Source of the DNA: an uncultured Ectothiorhodospiraceae bacterium
Lineage (GTDB): Bacteria > Pseudomonadota > Gammaproteobacteria > S012-40
Direction: 5' to 3'
DNA: 64,000 bases
NCBI GenBank assembly: GCA_964636675.1
Contig: CAZWUO010000001.1
Coordinates: 639 to 64,638, forward strand
Shown here: positions 1 to 8,961 of the stretch, in pieces
How positions within the stretch are numbered: position 1 is the first letter of the stretch
How the letters are laid out: each line of letters begins with the position of its first letter
Program-made: the position numbers and the translations under genes
The notes under the pieces: model-generated
The model's input: only the letters and a program-made list of their open reading frames with translations
Told to the model about the DNA's origin: nothing
Databases searched by the model: none

Positions 1-1179
1 CGCAAAATAGTCGAAGAAATTAATAGCATCCGGTCGGCGATAAAATCACAGTTTCAGTCTGCGCTTGAAAAAGAAAGGTTGCTTAACCTCGAGTTAGTTG
101 CTTTGAAAGAAAATGTACTTGGTTTTCAAGACAGAAGTATTCAATATAATATTTTGCAGCGAGAGGTTGAAACAAACCGTGAGTTATATCAGGGTTTGTT
201 ACAACGGATGAAAGAAGTGGGTGTGGCTGGCGGTATAAGTTCGAATAATGTTTTTATTGTTGATGTGGCAGTTGATCCGGACAAAAAATATAAACCAAAG
301 CTTGTGGTTAATTTATTACTGGCAATGTTGGTTGGTTTACTTGGCGGGATTGGACTGGCATTTTTGTTTGAACACCTTGATGATACCTTAAAACAGGCTG
401 ATGACTTTGAGAAACTAGTTTCCTTGTCTTCTCTTGGTCTCGTTCCGGTAGCCAGTGAAAGTGTTTCAACTTCTGATTTGGGCTTATTGTCGCATTACGA
501 CCCTGGCTCGATGTTGGCCGAAGCTTATCGTTCCATTAGAACGTCGTTAAGCTTTGGCACGACGAACGGTGCTCCTAGGAGTCTGTTGATTACGAGTCCA
601 GGGCCAGGAGAAGGAAAAACGACCTCAGCCCTGAATATTGCCATTGCGTTTACTCAGCTAAATAAGCAAGTTCTACTGATCGATGGTGATTTGAGAAATC
701 CGTCGATTCATAAGCTATTGCGCATCAGGAATAGCATTGGACTGAGTAATTATTTGACGTCTGATACTGGTCCTGCTGATGTCTCTCAAGATACCGAAAT
801 CGAGGGTCTATTTGTAATGCCGGCTGGGCCTGTTTGTCCGAACCCTGCTGAGTTATTGTCGAGTGAGAAAATGAGCGAATTATTAACCATTGCGCAGCAG
901 AAGTTTGATTATGTCATAATAGATGGCCCTCCCGTGCTGGGTTTAGCTGATGCATTAATACTCAGTAAACAAGTTGTTGCTGTTGTAATGATTGCTGAGG
1001 CGAGTAGCACAAGAACTGGCATGCTAAAAATGAGTGTAAAGCGATTAATCAAAGCGCACGCTAATATAATGGGTGGCATATTAACCAAAGTAGACGCAAG
1101 GCATGGGTTTTATGGCTATTATGGTCAGTATTATTCCTACGAACGAGACCGAGAAGAAAATCCAAAGCTTCCGGTGTGA
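1..1179 (+). CDS. Polysaccharide-biosynthesis tyrosine autokinase (BY-kinase, Wzc/Etk-like), C-terminal cytoplasmic kinase domain. The reading frame is open from base 1, so the gene is 5'-partial.
   Basis: Walker A GPGEGKTT, Walker A' VLLIDGDLR, Walker B DYVIIDGPP and a terminal Tyr cluster YGYYGQYYSY. Upstream TM-like segment LVVNLLLAMLVGLLGGIGLAFLF. Frame 1 has no stop between bases 1 and 78. Confidence 0.75.
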   Translation, partial: RKIVEEINSIRSAIKSQFQSALEKERLLNLELVALKENVLGFQDRSIQYNILQREVETNRELYQGLLQRMKEVGVAGGISSNNVFIVDVAVDPDKKYKPKLVVNLLLAMLVGLLGGIGLAFLFEHLDDTLKQADDFEKLVSLSSLGLVPVASESVSTSDLGLLSHYDPGSMLAEAYRSIRTSLSFGTTNGAPRSLLITSPGPGEGKTTSALNIAIAFTQLNKQVLLIDGDLRNPSIHKLLRIRNSIGLSNYLTSDTGPADVSQDTEIEGLFVMPAGPVCPNPAELLSSEKMSELLTIAQQKFDYVIIDGPPVLGLADALILSKQVVAVVMIAEASSTRTGMLKMSVKRLIKAHANIMGGILTKVDARHGFYGYYGQYYSYERDREENPKLPV

Positions 1180-1259
1180 GATAAATCACAAGTATCGCTG
1201 CAGATTGATGGTACAAGATAGGTAATTATTCCGTTGTTTTTAGTATTTAGGTGAGCTAA

Positions 1260-3947
1260 TTGTACGAAGCACATTTTGGATTAACCGCATCTCCTTTTCG
1301 GCTTAGCCCGGATCCTAGCTTCTTTTTTGGAAGCAAGGGGCACAAGCGTGCGCTTGCGTATTTACGGTATGGTTTGACTCAAAAAGAAGGCTTTATTGTG
1401 GTTACTGGTTCACCCGGAACGGGTAAGACCACACTTGCACGCGCTTTACTTGAAGAGCTATCTAAAAATAAGGTCATTGTTTCGGAACTAAATACCACGC
1501 ATCTTGAGGCAGATGATGTATTACGCATGGTGGCCGCATCTTTTGGTTTAGAGCATGAAAATCTCGCAAAAGCTTCGTTGCTTAATAGACTGGAACGCTT
1601 TTTTCTGACGAAGTATAGAGCTGGATATCATTGTTTGTTGATGGTTGATGAGTCGCAAAACCTTCCGTTTGGTTCATTAGAAGAACTTAGAATGCTGTCT
1701 AATTTTTATGCGGGAAAACATGCCTTATTGCAAATTTTTCTATTAGGTCAGCAACAGTTTCGAGATGCGTTGTATGATCCTAAGTTAGAGCAATTGCGTC
1801 AACGTGTTGTTGCTGCAACTCATCTTGATCCATTAAACGCGAAAGAAACACGTGCATATATACTGCATCGTTTAAATCATGTTGGATGGAAGCAAAACCC
1901 TAATTTTACCCAAAGAGCTTTTGCTTATATTTATACTTTGACCACAGGGATTCCAAGACGCATAAATACGTTTTGTGATCGTTTGATGTTGTTTGCATCC
2001 TTAGAAGAAATTACTGAAATAAATGATACCCATGTTAAAGCAGTTGCCAAGGAGTTGATGTACGAGGTTACTTCCAATAAATCCGATATAACGACTGAGA
2101 CCGCTTCTGATCCGTCACAAACTTCTCTTGAGTTGACGACTATGGAAGAACTTACTCCGTCAGAAATAATTAATATTGAAGAAGAATTTAGACAGGAAGA
2201 AGAGCTTCAGGCGTCAGAAATATCGCAAACCGAAATTGTGCAAAACGCACCGTTATTAGTGCCAGAAGAAGAGAACATCGAAAAACTTGCTGCACAAGAA
2301 AAAACTGCTTTTGAGGCTCAAGCATCTTTTTCCAGGAATGAAGTTCTTTCTGATAAAAATGAGAGCAACGATATTGCGCATGATGATAGTTCATCGAAAG
2401 TTAAAAATAAAAAACGCAAAGGCCAAAATAAATCATATGCTAGCGTGAAAAAAACGCTATACAGTAAATCCAGAAATAATACTCAAACATCACCTAGAAA
2501 GAATGTTGAACACAAACCTCAGTATTTAAATCAGCAACCAGGGCTAGGATTAGTTGCTCTTGCCGTAGAGTATTATCATCAACCTGATGAACATAAAGAA
2601 TTATTGTGTTCCTCTTCGATATTGCCACCTGGCATTGACGAGCTTTTCAGGGTGGCGATGGGAAAATTACATATTGATTTAGATGCGTTTGAAGGTTTAT
2701 CAGATATGAGCCAAGCAGATCTAAAGGAGGCTGCACGGCGTTTTATCAAGGAAATATTATTATCCAATGCATCTGATTATTATCGACGATTAGGTTTAAC
2801 TAAGACTGCTAGCCAAGAACAAATTAAAGCGCACTACCAAATATTATTCAAACTTTTTCAGCCGGATCAAGAAAAAGATGCTGGACAATGGAATGAATCT
2901 TTCACTATAAAAATAAACCAAGCTTATGTTTCTTTACGTGAAAAAAATAAACGAGATGCCTATGATTATTTTCTTGATTCTTTAGAAATTGTTGAGCTTG
3001 ACCAAGAAGTTGAAGTTGATCAAGGATCCGTATCTGTTTCAGATATTTCGGATAAGCTTCCATTAAAGCTTGAAGCAGGGGATGCGAATAAAACTTTCTT
3101 ATCTGTCGTTAAGAATAATATGTACATGATCATTGCGACTGTGATTTTTATGATTATCGGGGTTGTAAGTGTGGTGTTAGCTCCTTCGCTGTTTGATTTA
3201 CAACCAAATCAGTTTGTGGATAAGCAACGCGACGGATCTTTAATGAACGCTCCCACGGAAAATATTCCTCTTTCCCCGACTGATGAGCATGATATCAATC
3301 GGATAGATACTGTCCTAAATAGTGACCTCGAATTTGGAGAACCAAAGGTATTTGATGGGTCGGCAGGTTCGAATTCACCGATTACAAATTTCATTAATGA
3401 AAATATTAATTCTACGACGCTGAATAAATCCGCGCAAGAAAAACCCCCAGGGTTTAAGATTCGCAATAATATTCTTTCTCAACAAACCACGACTCTGTCG
3501 ACAGAAAAACTCGGATCCTTAAAAACGAACGAACAAGTTAAAAAACTCGAGACAGTGAAGCAAAACACCGTTAAAGTTATACCGAAAAAAGAGCTTGATG
3601 CCATGATGAGCCTGTTTTATCAGTCTTATAAAGAAGGTGATTTAAAAGAATTTATTCGTTTGTTTTATAAAAGCGCGATCACGAATGATCGCAAGAACAG
3701 AGTTGGGATTGCCAAAGATTATTCTCGACTTTTTAGTTCTACTGATAAACGCAGTATTAACATCGAAAATCTCGAATGGAATACGGTGGGTAATAAAGCA
3801 GTAGGAATTGGAGACTTTATCGTTAGGACAGTTAAGACTGGGGACACCGAAACAAAGAGTTTTGAAGGCACAATTAGACTCGTTGTGCTTAAAGAAAGAG
3901 GCAAAATAAGATTTAAAGAAATGTACCATGCTTACAGTGAAGATTGA
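1260..3947 (+). CDS. ExeA/GspA-like AAA ATPase with a central J-like domain, one TM segment and a C-terminal periplasmic domain (EPS/exosortase-locus-associated ATPase type)
   Basis: TTG start after aggtgag SD. Walker A GSPGTGKTT and Walker B LLMVDESQN. J-domain-like stretch DYYRRLGLTKTASQEQIKAHYQILFKLFQPDQ...KRDAYDYF with HPD replaced by QPD. TM MYMIIATVIFMIIGVVSVVLAP. Confidence 0.65.
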   Translation: MYEAHFGLTASPFRLSPDPSFFFGSKGHKRALAYLRYGLTQKEGFIVVTGSPGTGKTTLARALLEELSKNKVIVSELNTTHLEADDVLRMVAASFGLEHENLAKASLLNRLERFFLTKYRAGYHCLLMVDESQNLPFGSLEELRMLSNFYAGKHALLQIFLLGQQQFRDALYDPKLEQLRQRVVAATHLDPLNAKETRAYILHRLNHVGWKQNPNFTQRAFAYIYTLTTGIPRRINTFCDRLMLFASLEEITEINDTHVKAVAKELMYEVTSNKSDITTETASDPSQTSLELTTMEELTPSEIINIEEEFRQEEELQASEISQTEIVQNAPLLVPEEENIEKLAAQEKTAFEAQASFSRNEVLSDKNESNDIAHDDSSSKVKNKKRKGQNKSYASVKKTLYSKSRNNTQTSPRKNVEHKPQYLNQQPGLGLVALAVEYYHQPDEHKELLCSSSILPPGIDELFRVAMGKLHIDLDAFEGLSDMSQADLKEAARRFIKEILLSNASDYYRRLGLTKTASQEQIKAHYQILFKLFQPDQEKDAGQWNESFTIKINQAYVSLREKNKRDAYDYFLDSLEIVELDQEVEVDQGSVSVSDISDKLPLKLEAGDANKTFLSVVKNNMYMIIATVIFMIIGVVSVVLAPSLFDLQPNQFVDKQRDGSLMNAPTENIPLSPTDEHDINRIDTVLNSDLEFGEPKVFDGSAGSNSPITNFINENINSTTLNKSAQEKPPGFKIRNNILSQQTTTLSTEKLGSLKTNEQVKKLETVKQNTVKVIPKKELDAMMSLFYQSYKEGDLKEFIRLFYKSAITNDRKNRVGIAKDYSRLFSSTDKRSINIENLEWNTVGNKAVGIGDFIVRTVKTGDTETKSFEGTIRLVVLKERGKIRFKEMYHAYSED

Positions 3948-4064
3948 TGACAGTTTGCCTCGTTTTCATCTCACTATCACTTAATCAGAGGTTGCCTTAT
4001 TAATTAGGATACGATAATTATGTTGATTTTTATGAATGCATACCACGGTGACCCTTGTTAAGGC

Positions 4065-5309
4065 TTGAATCGAAATTTGCTTAAAGTTTACCCTTTTGTT
4101 TTTTTTCTGTTGTGTACAGTATTAGTTTGGCGTGTCATTTCTCTTGGTGTTTCTGAGTTTTTGAGCGCAGACTCTTCAGTGGATAATATCGACGCGATAT
4201 TGAGCTGGAATAGTGTAAATCCACAAGCATTACTTGCCAAAGGATTGTCTCATTTATCAACTGACAAAGATTCCTTTGAGTTTTATTTAGCAAAATCAAT
4301 TGTGAGTAATATTTCTGATTCCAGAAGTCTCGTACTGCTCGCGGAGCGGTGGGCAGAGCGCGGAGATATAGAAAGAGCGAATAAGGCGATGCACTTGTTG
4401 GTTAAGTTATATCCGGCAGATATAAGTGTTGGTCTAGCGGCTGCTTCTTATTTTTATAGCCGCAGTAAACTCACTGAAGCTTTCCAACATTGGTCACAGG
4501 CGATGCTGAGATCAAGTCGTTTTGATTCAGTAATATTTGATTTTATTTATCCGCAACTCAAACATAAAGAAATGCGAGATGCGGTGATTAATGCATCGAG
4601 GGCTGGAAAAAAATGGTGGCCTAGATTTTTTGCTTACGCGATCAAGCAAAACGATAATATTGATATTGTAGATGTGTTATACGCTGCAAGATTGGAGTCT
4701 GCCAAGCCTGTCAAGCCTTGGGTTCGCAAGCAATATCTCAATTTTCTATTTAAACATGATAAATGGCAAAAAGCCTATATGGTTTGGTTGTCAGGTTTGG
4801 ATGAAAAAGAAAGGAAATCTTTAGGTTATTTATACGATGGTGGGTTTGAAAATGAATTTAGCTATTACGGATTTTATTGGCATGCCTACAAGAATAAAGC
4901 GGCAAAAATAGAACAAACACGGGTGCGCGCTAGCAGTGGCAAGAAGGCTCTAAAAATCACGTTCTTAAACAAGCCCGTTCCGTTTTATCATGTTCTGCAA
5001 ATTACTCTCTTACGACCGGGCAGTTATCTTTTTAAAGGAAAAGTTAAGAAAGATGGTTTAACGAGCAATCGAGGAATTAATTGGCGCATAAGTTGTAAAG
5101 GGCAATCACTATTGGCGCAAAGTATTCGTTTTAACGGGATGGAGCATTGGCAGTCTTTTGAGGTAGAATTCAAGGTTCCTGAGCAAAAATGCAATGCTCA
5201 AGAAATAAGACTCGTCTCAAATGGAAAGAATAAATCAGATTATAAAATAAAAGGTGCTCTTTGGTTTGATGATTTATCGATCGCTCAAGTGCATCGACCA
5301 AATAGATAA
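4065..5309 (+). CDS. Hypothetical membrane-anchored protein with an N-terminal TM and helical repeats
   Basis: 414-aa ORF, TTG start, N-terminal hydrophobic segment VYPFVFFLLCTVLVW. No recognisable catalytic motif. Confidence 0.45.
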   Translation: MNRNLLKVYPFVFFLLCTVLVWRVISLGVSEFLSADSSVDNIDAILSWNSVNPQALLAKGLSHLSTDKDSFEFYLAKSIVSNISDSRSLVLLAERWAERGDIERANKAMHLLVKLYPADISVGLAAASYFYSRSKLTEAFQHWSQAMLRSSRFDSVIFDFIYPQLKHKEMRDAVINASRAGKKWWPRFFAYAIKQNDNIDIVDVLYAARLESAKPVKPWVRKQYLNFLFKHDKWQKAYMVWLSGLDEKERKSLGYLYDGGFENEFSYYGFYWHAYKNKAAKIEQTRVRASSGKKALKITFLNKPVPFYHVLQITLLRPGSYLFKGKVKKDGLTSNRGINWRISCKGQSLLAQSIRFNGMEHWQSFEVEFKVPEQKCNAQEIRLVSNGKNKSDYKIKGALWFDDLSIAQVHRPNR

Positions 5310-5326
5310 TTGTTTAAAGGTTAAAT

Positions 5327-5884
5327 ATGATGAAAAACAAATGGATATGTGCTTTTTTGTTGGTGTTAACGGCATCGATAGGTATCGCTAATGCTGAAAA
5401 AGTGACCGTTGGAGAAATAATTGGTTTGGTAATGCTCAATAATGAAGGTGTATTTGTAAAAGTGAATACAGGGATGGAATTAGAAAAAGGTGATCAAATT
5501 TATGTGCTTGAAAATTCTTCGGCATTATTATTACAAGGTAGTGATTGTGCAGCGCGGTTAAATGCCAATGAACTCTTTGAGTTAAATCACTCTGATCTAT
5601 GCGCAAAAAACTCCAGTTTGATTACGTCCAAAGGGCCTCAATTAGTCGCAGCGATCGGCTTGGATGAACCTAACTCTGCAACTGGCTTGGATACAGGGGA
5701 AGCATCTGAAGACCAAGAAAATTCCGTTGGTGAAGATGGAGCAATATTACCGGAAAATCAGAGTTTTTTTTCAGGGATTGCAGCGAAACTAGCAATTCCT
5801 GCAACCTTAACCGGTGCTGTACTATTTTCAACCATTGCAGGTGGTGGTGGTACTGTGCGGCCTGAACCGATTAGTCCAGAATAA
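5327..5884 (+). CDS. Small secreted protein with a FecR-like beta domain and a hydrophobic, Gly-rich C-terminus
   Basis: Signal peptide MMKNKWICAFLLVLTASIGIANA with an AEK cleavage context. Central region aligns by eye with the N-domain of the 621-aa protein at 32081..33946 (G.V...G.V..N...V..G..L..GD.I...ENS.A.L). C-terminus AIPATLTGAVLFSTIAGGGGTVRPEPISPE. Confidence 0.5.
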   Translation: MMKNKWICAFLLVLTASIGIANAEKVTVGEIIGLVMLNNEGVFVKVNTGMELEKGDQIYVLENSSALLLQGSDCAARLNANELFELNHSDLCAKNSSLITSKGPQLVAAIGLDEPNSATGLDTGEASEDQENSVGEDGAILPENQSFFSGIAAKLAIPATLTGAVLFSTIAGGGGTVRPEPISPE

Positions 5885-5925
5885 GTTGTGAGCCAAATAC
5901 AAGTCGTTACTTAGAATATTCTTTA

Positions 5926-7407
5926 GTGTATGAGTCTGCAAAACTAAGCCGATACTCTTTTGGTTTAGTTATTCTTCTTCTCACAGCGCCTCTGTTTCGC
6001 GGTGGTAACCGTCCCATCGCTCTTATGTTTATTGAATTGTTGGGAATAGCCTTGTTATTCCTAATATTTTTTCAGCGGAAACAATTGTCCTCGATGCCGA
6101 AATTTTTACGTTATGGTTTAGTTGCTTTTGTTTTAATACCGCTGATCTACTTAATACCCTTGCCTATTGATTGGTGGGCAGCCCTCCCTGGCAGAGAAGG
6201 ATTTTATGAAGTGCTTCGTTTATTAGAGGGTGAGAGGGTTTTATTTCATAGCATATCAATAAATTCTCTTTCTTCTGAGCAATCTTATCTCGCGTTGTTA
6301 CCCATCATCGCGATTTTTCTGAGCTGCTTTATTTTTAATCAAAAGCAGCTATTAAATATTATCAAGTGCTTAATCCTATTAGCAATGTTTCAAGCGATTA
6401 TAGGGCTTCTGCAATTTAGTACAGCTGTTGATCACTGGATTCGCTTGGGCATTGAGACCCATAGTAATAATGCAGTGGGTACCTATCCAAATCGGAATCA
6501 TTTTTCGGGCTTGCTTGAGATGATTTTACCGCTTTCCATTGCTTATTGGGCAATGCGTTTTAATCGCCGAATCGGTAAAGAAGGACTGCGGCATTGGCGA
6601 ATTAGGCTTGCGAGTTTAGCTGATAGTGACGCATTGATAATTGCGGGGATAGGTATTGTTATTTTATTGCTGATCTTAGGGGTGGTTTTTTCGCGTTCTA
6701 GAACAGGTATAGCCCTCGTCATGTTAGGTATCCTGTTATCCGCTATATTGTTGGCACCAAAAATTAATAAGAAACGAGGATTTCGAGGTATTGCAGTATT
6801 AGTGACGCTGGTCATTGTTATTGCTGCGCAAATTGGCCTGATGCCTATTTTTCAACGATTTGCGGAGCAAGACCCGTTGCTGGACAGTAGATGGACGATC
6901 TATAGTGCAACGTTTGACGCTATAAGTACCTATTTCCCGTTAGGCAGTGGACCGGGAACCTATCAATCCGTTTTATTGGGCTTTCAGCCAGATAGCATTA
7001 GTCATTTTATTAATCACGCCCACAATGATTATTTGGAGTGGATGACTGAATTAGGTATTTTTTCCATTTTATTGTTTGTTTTATTTTGCTTCGTTATTTT
7101 GCGACAATTTATTCGTTTATTTAACAATAAACACTGGGGTGATTTTCACTATTTACAAATGGGTTGCGGCATAGGTATTTTTTTAATGATGTTACATAGT
7201 CTTACTGATTATAATTTGAGAATTCCTGCGAATGCACTTATTTTTTCTTTTTTGGTGGGGGTGTTTTTAAGATCACATAATGAGGGACTAGAGAAGAGAG
7301 CCACGCGTAAATTAAGGTTCAAAGCAGACGGTGCACGTATATTACATCAATCGGTTAAACCAGATTCCTTGCGTAGCAAAAAAAATCCTTTTCTTGATTC
7401 TGACTAA
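5926..7407 (+). CDS. O-antigen ligase / Wzy_C-family polytopic membrane protein (exopolysaccharide-locus ligase type)
   Basis: GTG start, at least 10 predicted TM helices, a periplasmic loop with AHNDYLEWMTELGI (Wzy_C signature region), basic C-terminal tail. Confidence 0.65.
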   Translation: MYESAKLSRYSFGLVILLLTAPLFRGGNRPIALMFIELLGIALLFLIFFQRKQLSSMPKFLRYGLVAFVLIPLIYLIPLPIDWWAALPGREGFYEVLRLLEGERVLFHSISINSLSSEQSYLALLPIIAIFLSCFIFNQKQLLNIIKCLILLAMFQAIIGLLQFSTAVDHWIRLGIETHSNNAVGTYPNRNHFSGLLEMILPLSIAYWAMRFNRRIGKEGLRHWRIRLASLADSDALIIAGIGIVILLLILGVVFSRSRTGIALVMLGILLSAILLAPKINKKRGFRGIAVLVTLVIVIAAQIGLMPIFQRFAEQDPLLDSRWTIYSATFDAISTYFPLGSGPGTYQSVLLGFQPDSISHFINHAHNDYLEWMTELGIFSILLFVLFCFVILRQFIRLFNNKHWGDFHYLQMGCGIGIFLMMLHSLTDYNLRIPANALIFSFLVGVFLRSHNEGLEKRATRKLRFKADGARILHQSVKPDSLRSKKNPFLDSD

Positions 7408-7413
7408 GTTTAA

Positions 7414-7456
7414 CCTAGATTCCGCAGTTGACCACGATGCGGCATCGTTAAGCCGC
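7414..7456. repeat. Truncated copy (left terminal inverted repeat plus about 20 bp) of the MITE-like repeat family also present at 15420, 24510 and 35501
   Basis: cctagattccgcagttgacc...ggcatcgttaagccgc matches the 5' end of the 15420..15647 copy. It overlaps the spoVR stop codon. Confidence 0.6.
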
Positions 7457-8953
7457 AATCTCTTTTTTCTGTTCATGGGTTAATTCAACGGCGTTATCCT
7501 CGGTAACGGTCTCTAGGCGTACCGTAAACCCCCATAGTCGCGTGAGATGTTTTATTACCTGATCGACAGTTGCAGCAAGTGGTTTACGGTTGTATTGTTG
7601 GTGGCGTAAGGTCAATGCGCGATCGCCACGCATGTCTACATTATACACCTGAATATTAGGTTCTTGGCTTCCTAGATTATATTGATCCGCAAGTAATGTG
7701 CGAATTTGTTGATAGCCTTCATCATTATGAATTGCAGATATTTCGATATTGCGATTTTTGTCATTGTCTAGAACAGCGAACAGTTTTAAGTCGCGTATCA
7801 CTTTAGGTGACAAATATTGTGAAATAAAGCTTTCATCTTTAAAATTTCTCATGGCAAAGTCCAAAGTATCGATCCAGTCTGTGTTTACTAAATCAGGAAA
7901 CCATTTTGTATCTTCCTCGGTAGGGTGTTCGCAGATTCGCCTGATATCACTCATTATCGAAAATCCAAGCGAGTAGGGGTTTATTCCACTATAGTGGGGT
8001 GAGTCGAAATCGGGTTGGTAAGTTACATTACTATGTGACTTGAGGAATTCAATCATAAAACCATCAGTGACGAGATTTTCATCATAGAGTTGATTTAAAA
8101 TCGTATAGTGCCAAAATGTTGCCCAACCTTCATTCATCACTTTAGTTTGTTTTTGTGGATAAAAGTATTGGGATATTTTTCTGACTATGCGTACGATTTC
8201 TCTTTGCCAAGGTTCTAGTAGAGGGGCATTTTTTTCGATAAAGTAGAGTATGTTTTCCTGAGGTTCTTCTGGGAAACGATCAACTATTTTTTCTTTTTTC
8301 TCATTTTCTCGTCTAGGCAACGTGCTCCATAGCTCATTAACCTGAGACTGCATATAAACTTCTCGTTCTTTGAGCCTTGCTTGTTCTTCTTTCATGGACA
8401 CAGGGTGGGGCCGTTTATATCGATCAACTCCGTAGTTCATTAGCGCATGACAGGAATCCAATATTTCTTCGACTGCAACTTCGCCATATTTTTCTTCGCA
8501 GTCAGTCACAAAGTCCTTGGCAAATACGAGATAATCAATAATCGCATCTGCGGAAGTCCATTGTTTAAATAAATAGTTGTTTTTAAAAAATGAATTATGT
8601 CCATAAGCTGCATGTGCAAGCACAAGTGCTTGCGTCATCATCGAGTTTTCTTCCATTAAATAGGATATACATGGATTCGAGTTTATAACAATTTCGTAGG
8701 CTAAGCCCATTTCTCCGCGACGATACTTTTTCTCCGTGTCCATAAATTGCTTACCGAAAGACCAGTGGCTATAACCCACCGGCATTCCAACTGAGGAATA
8801 CGCATCCATCATCTGTTCTGCGGTTATAACTTCTATTTGGTTTGGATAGGTATCGAGCTTGAATTTCCGAGCAATCCTCGATATTTCTTGGTCATATCGC
8901 TCAATCAACTCGAAGGTCCACTCAGATGTTTCAGATATTGGCTTGTGTGTCAT
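7448..8953 (-). CDS. spoVR: SpoVR/YcgB-family protein
   Basis: 501 aa. Conserved gene order prkA-yeaH-spoVR on the same strand. Typical SpoVR-family length and motifs. Confidence 0.85.
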   Translation of the reverse strand: MTHKPISETSEWTFELIERYDQEISRIARKFKLDTYPNQIEVITAEQMMDAYSSVGMPVGYSHWSFGKQFMDTEKKYRRGEMGLAYEIVINSNPCISYLMEENSMMTQALVLAHAAYGHNSFFKNNYLFKQWTSADAIIDYLVFAKDFVTDCEEKYGEVAVEEILDSCHALMNYGVDRYKRPHPVSMKEEQARLKEREVYMQSQVNELWSTLPRRENEKKEKIVDRFPEEPQENILYFIEKNAPLLEPWQREIVRIVRKISQYFYPQKQTKVMNEGWATFWHYTILNQLYDENLVTDGFMIEFLKSHSNVTYQPDFDSPHYSGINPYSLGFSIMSDIRRICEHPTEEDTKWFPDLVNTDWIDTLDFAMRNFKDESFISQYLSPKVIRDLKLFAVLDNDKNRNIEISAIHNDEGYQQIRTLLADQYNLGSQEPNIQVYNVDMRGDRALTLRHQQYNRKPLAATVDQVIKHLTRLWGFTVRLETVTEDNAVELTHEQKKEIAA

Positions 8954-8961
8954 ATAACGTT

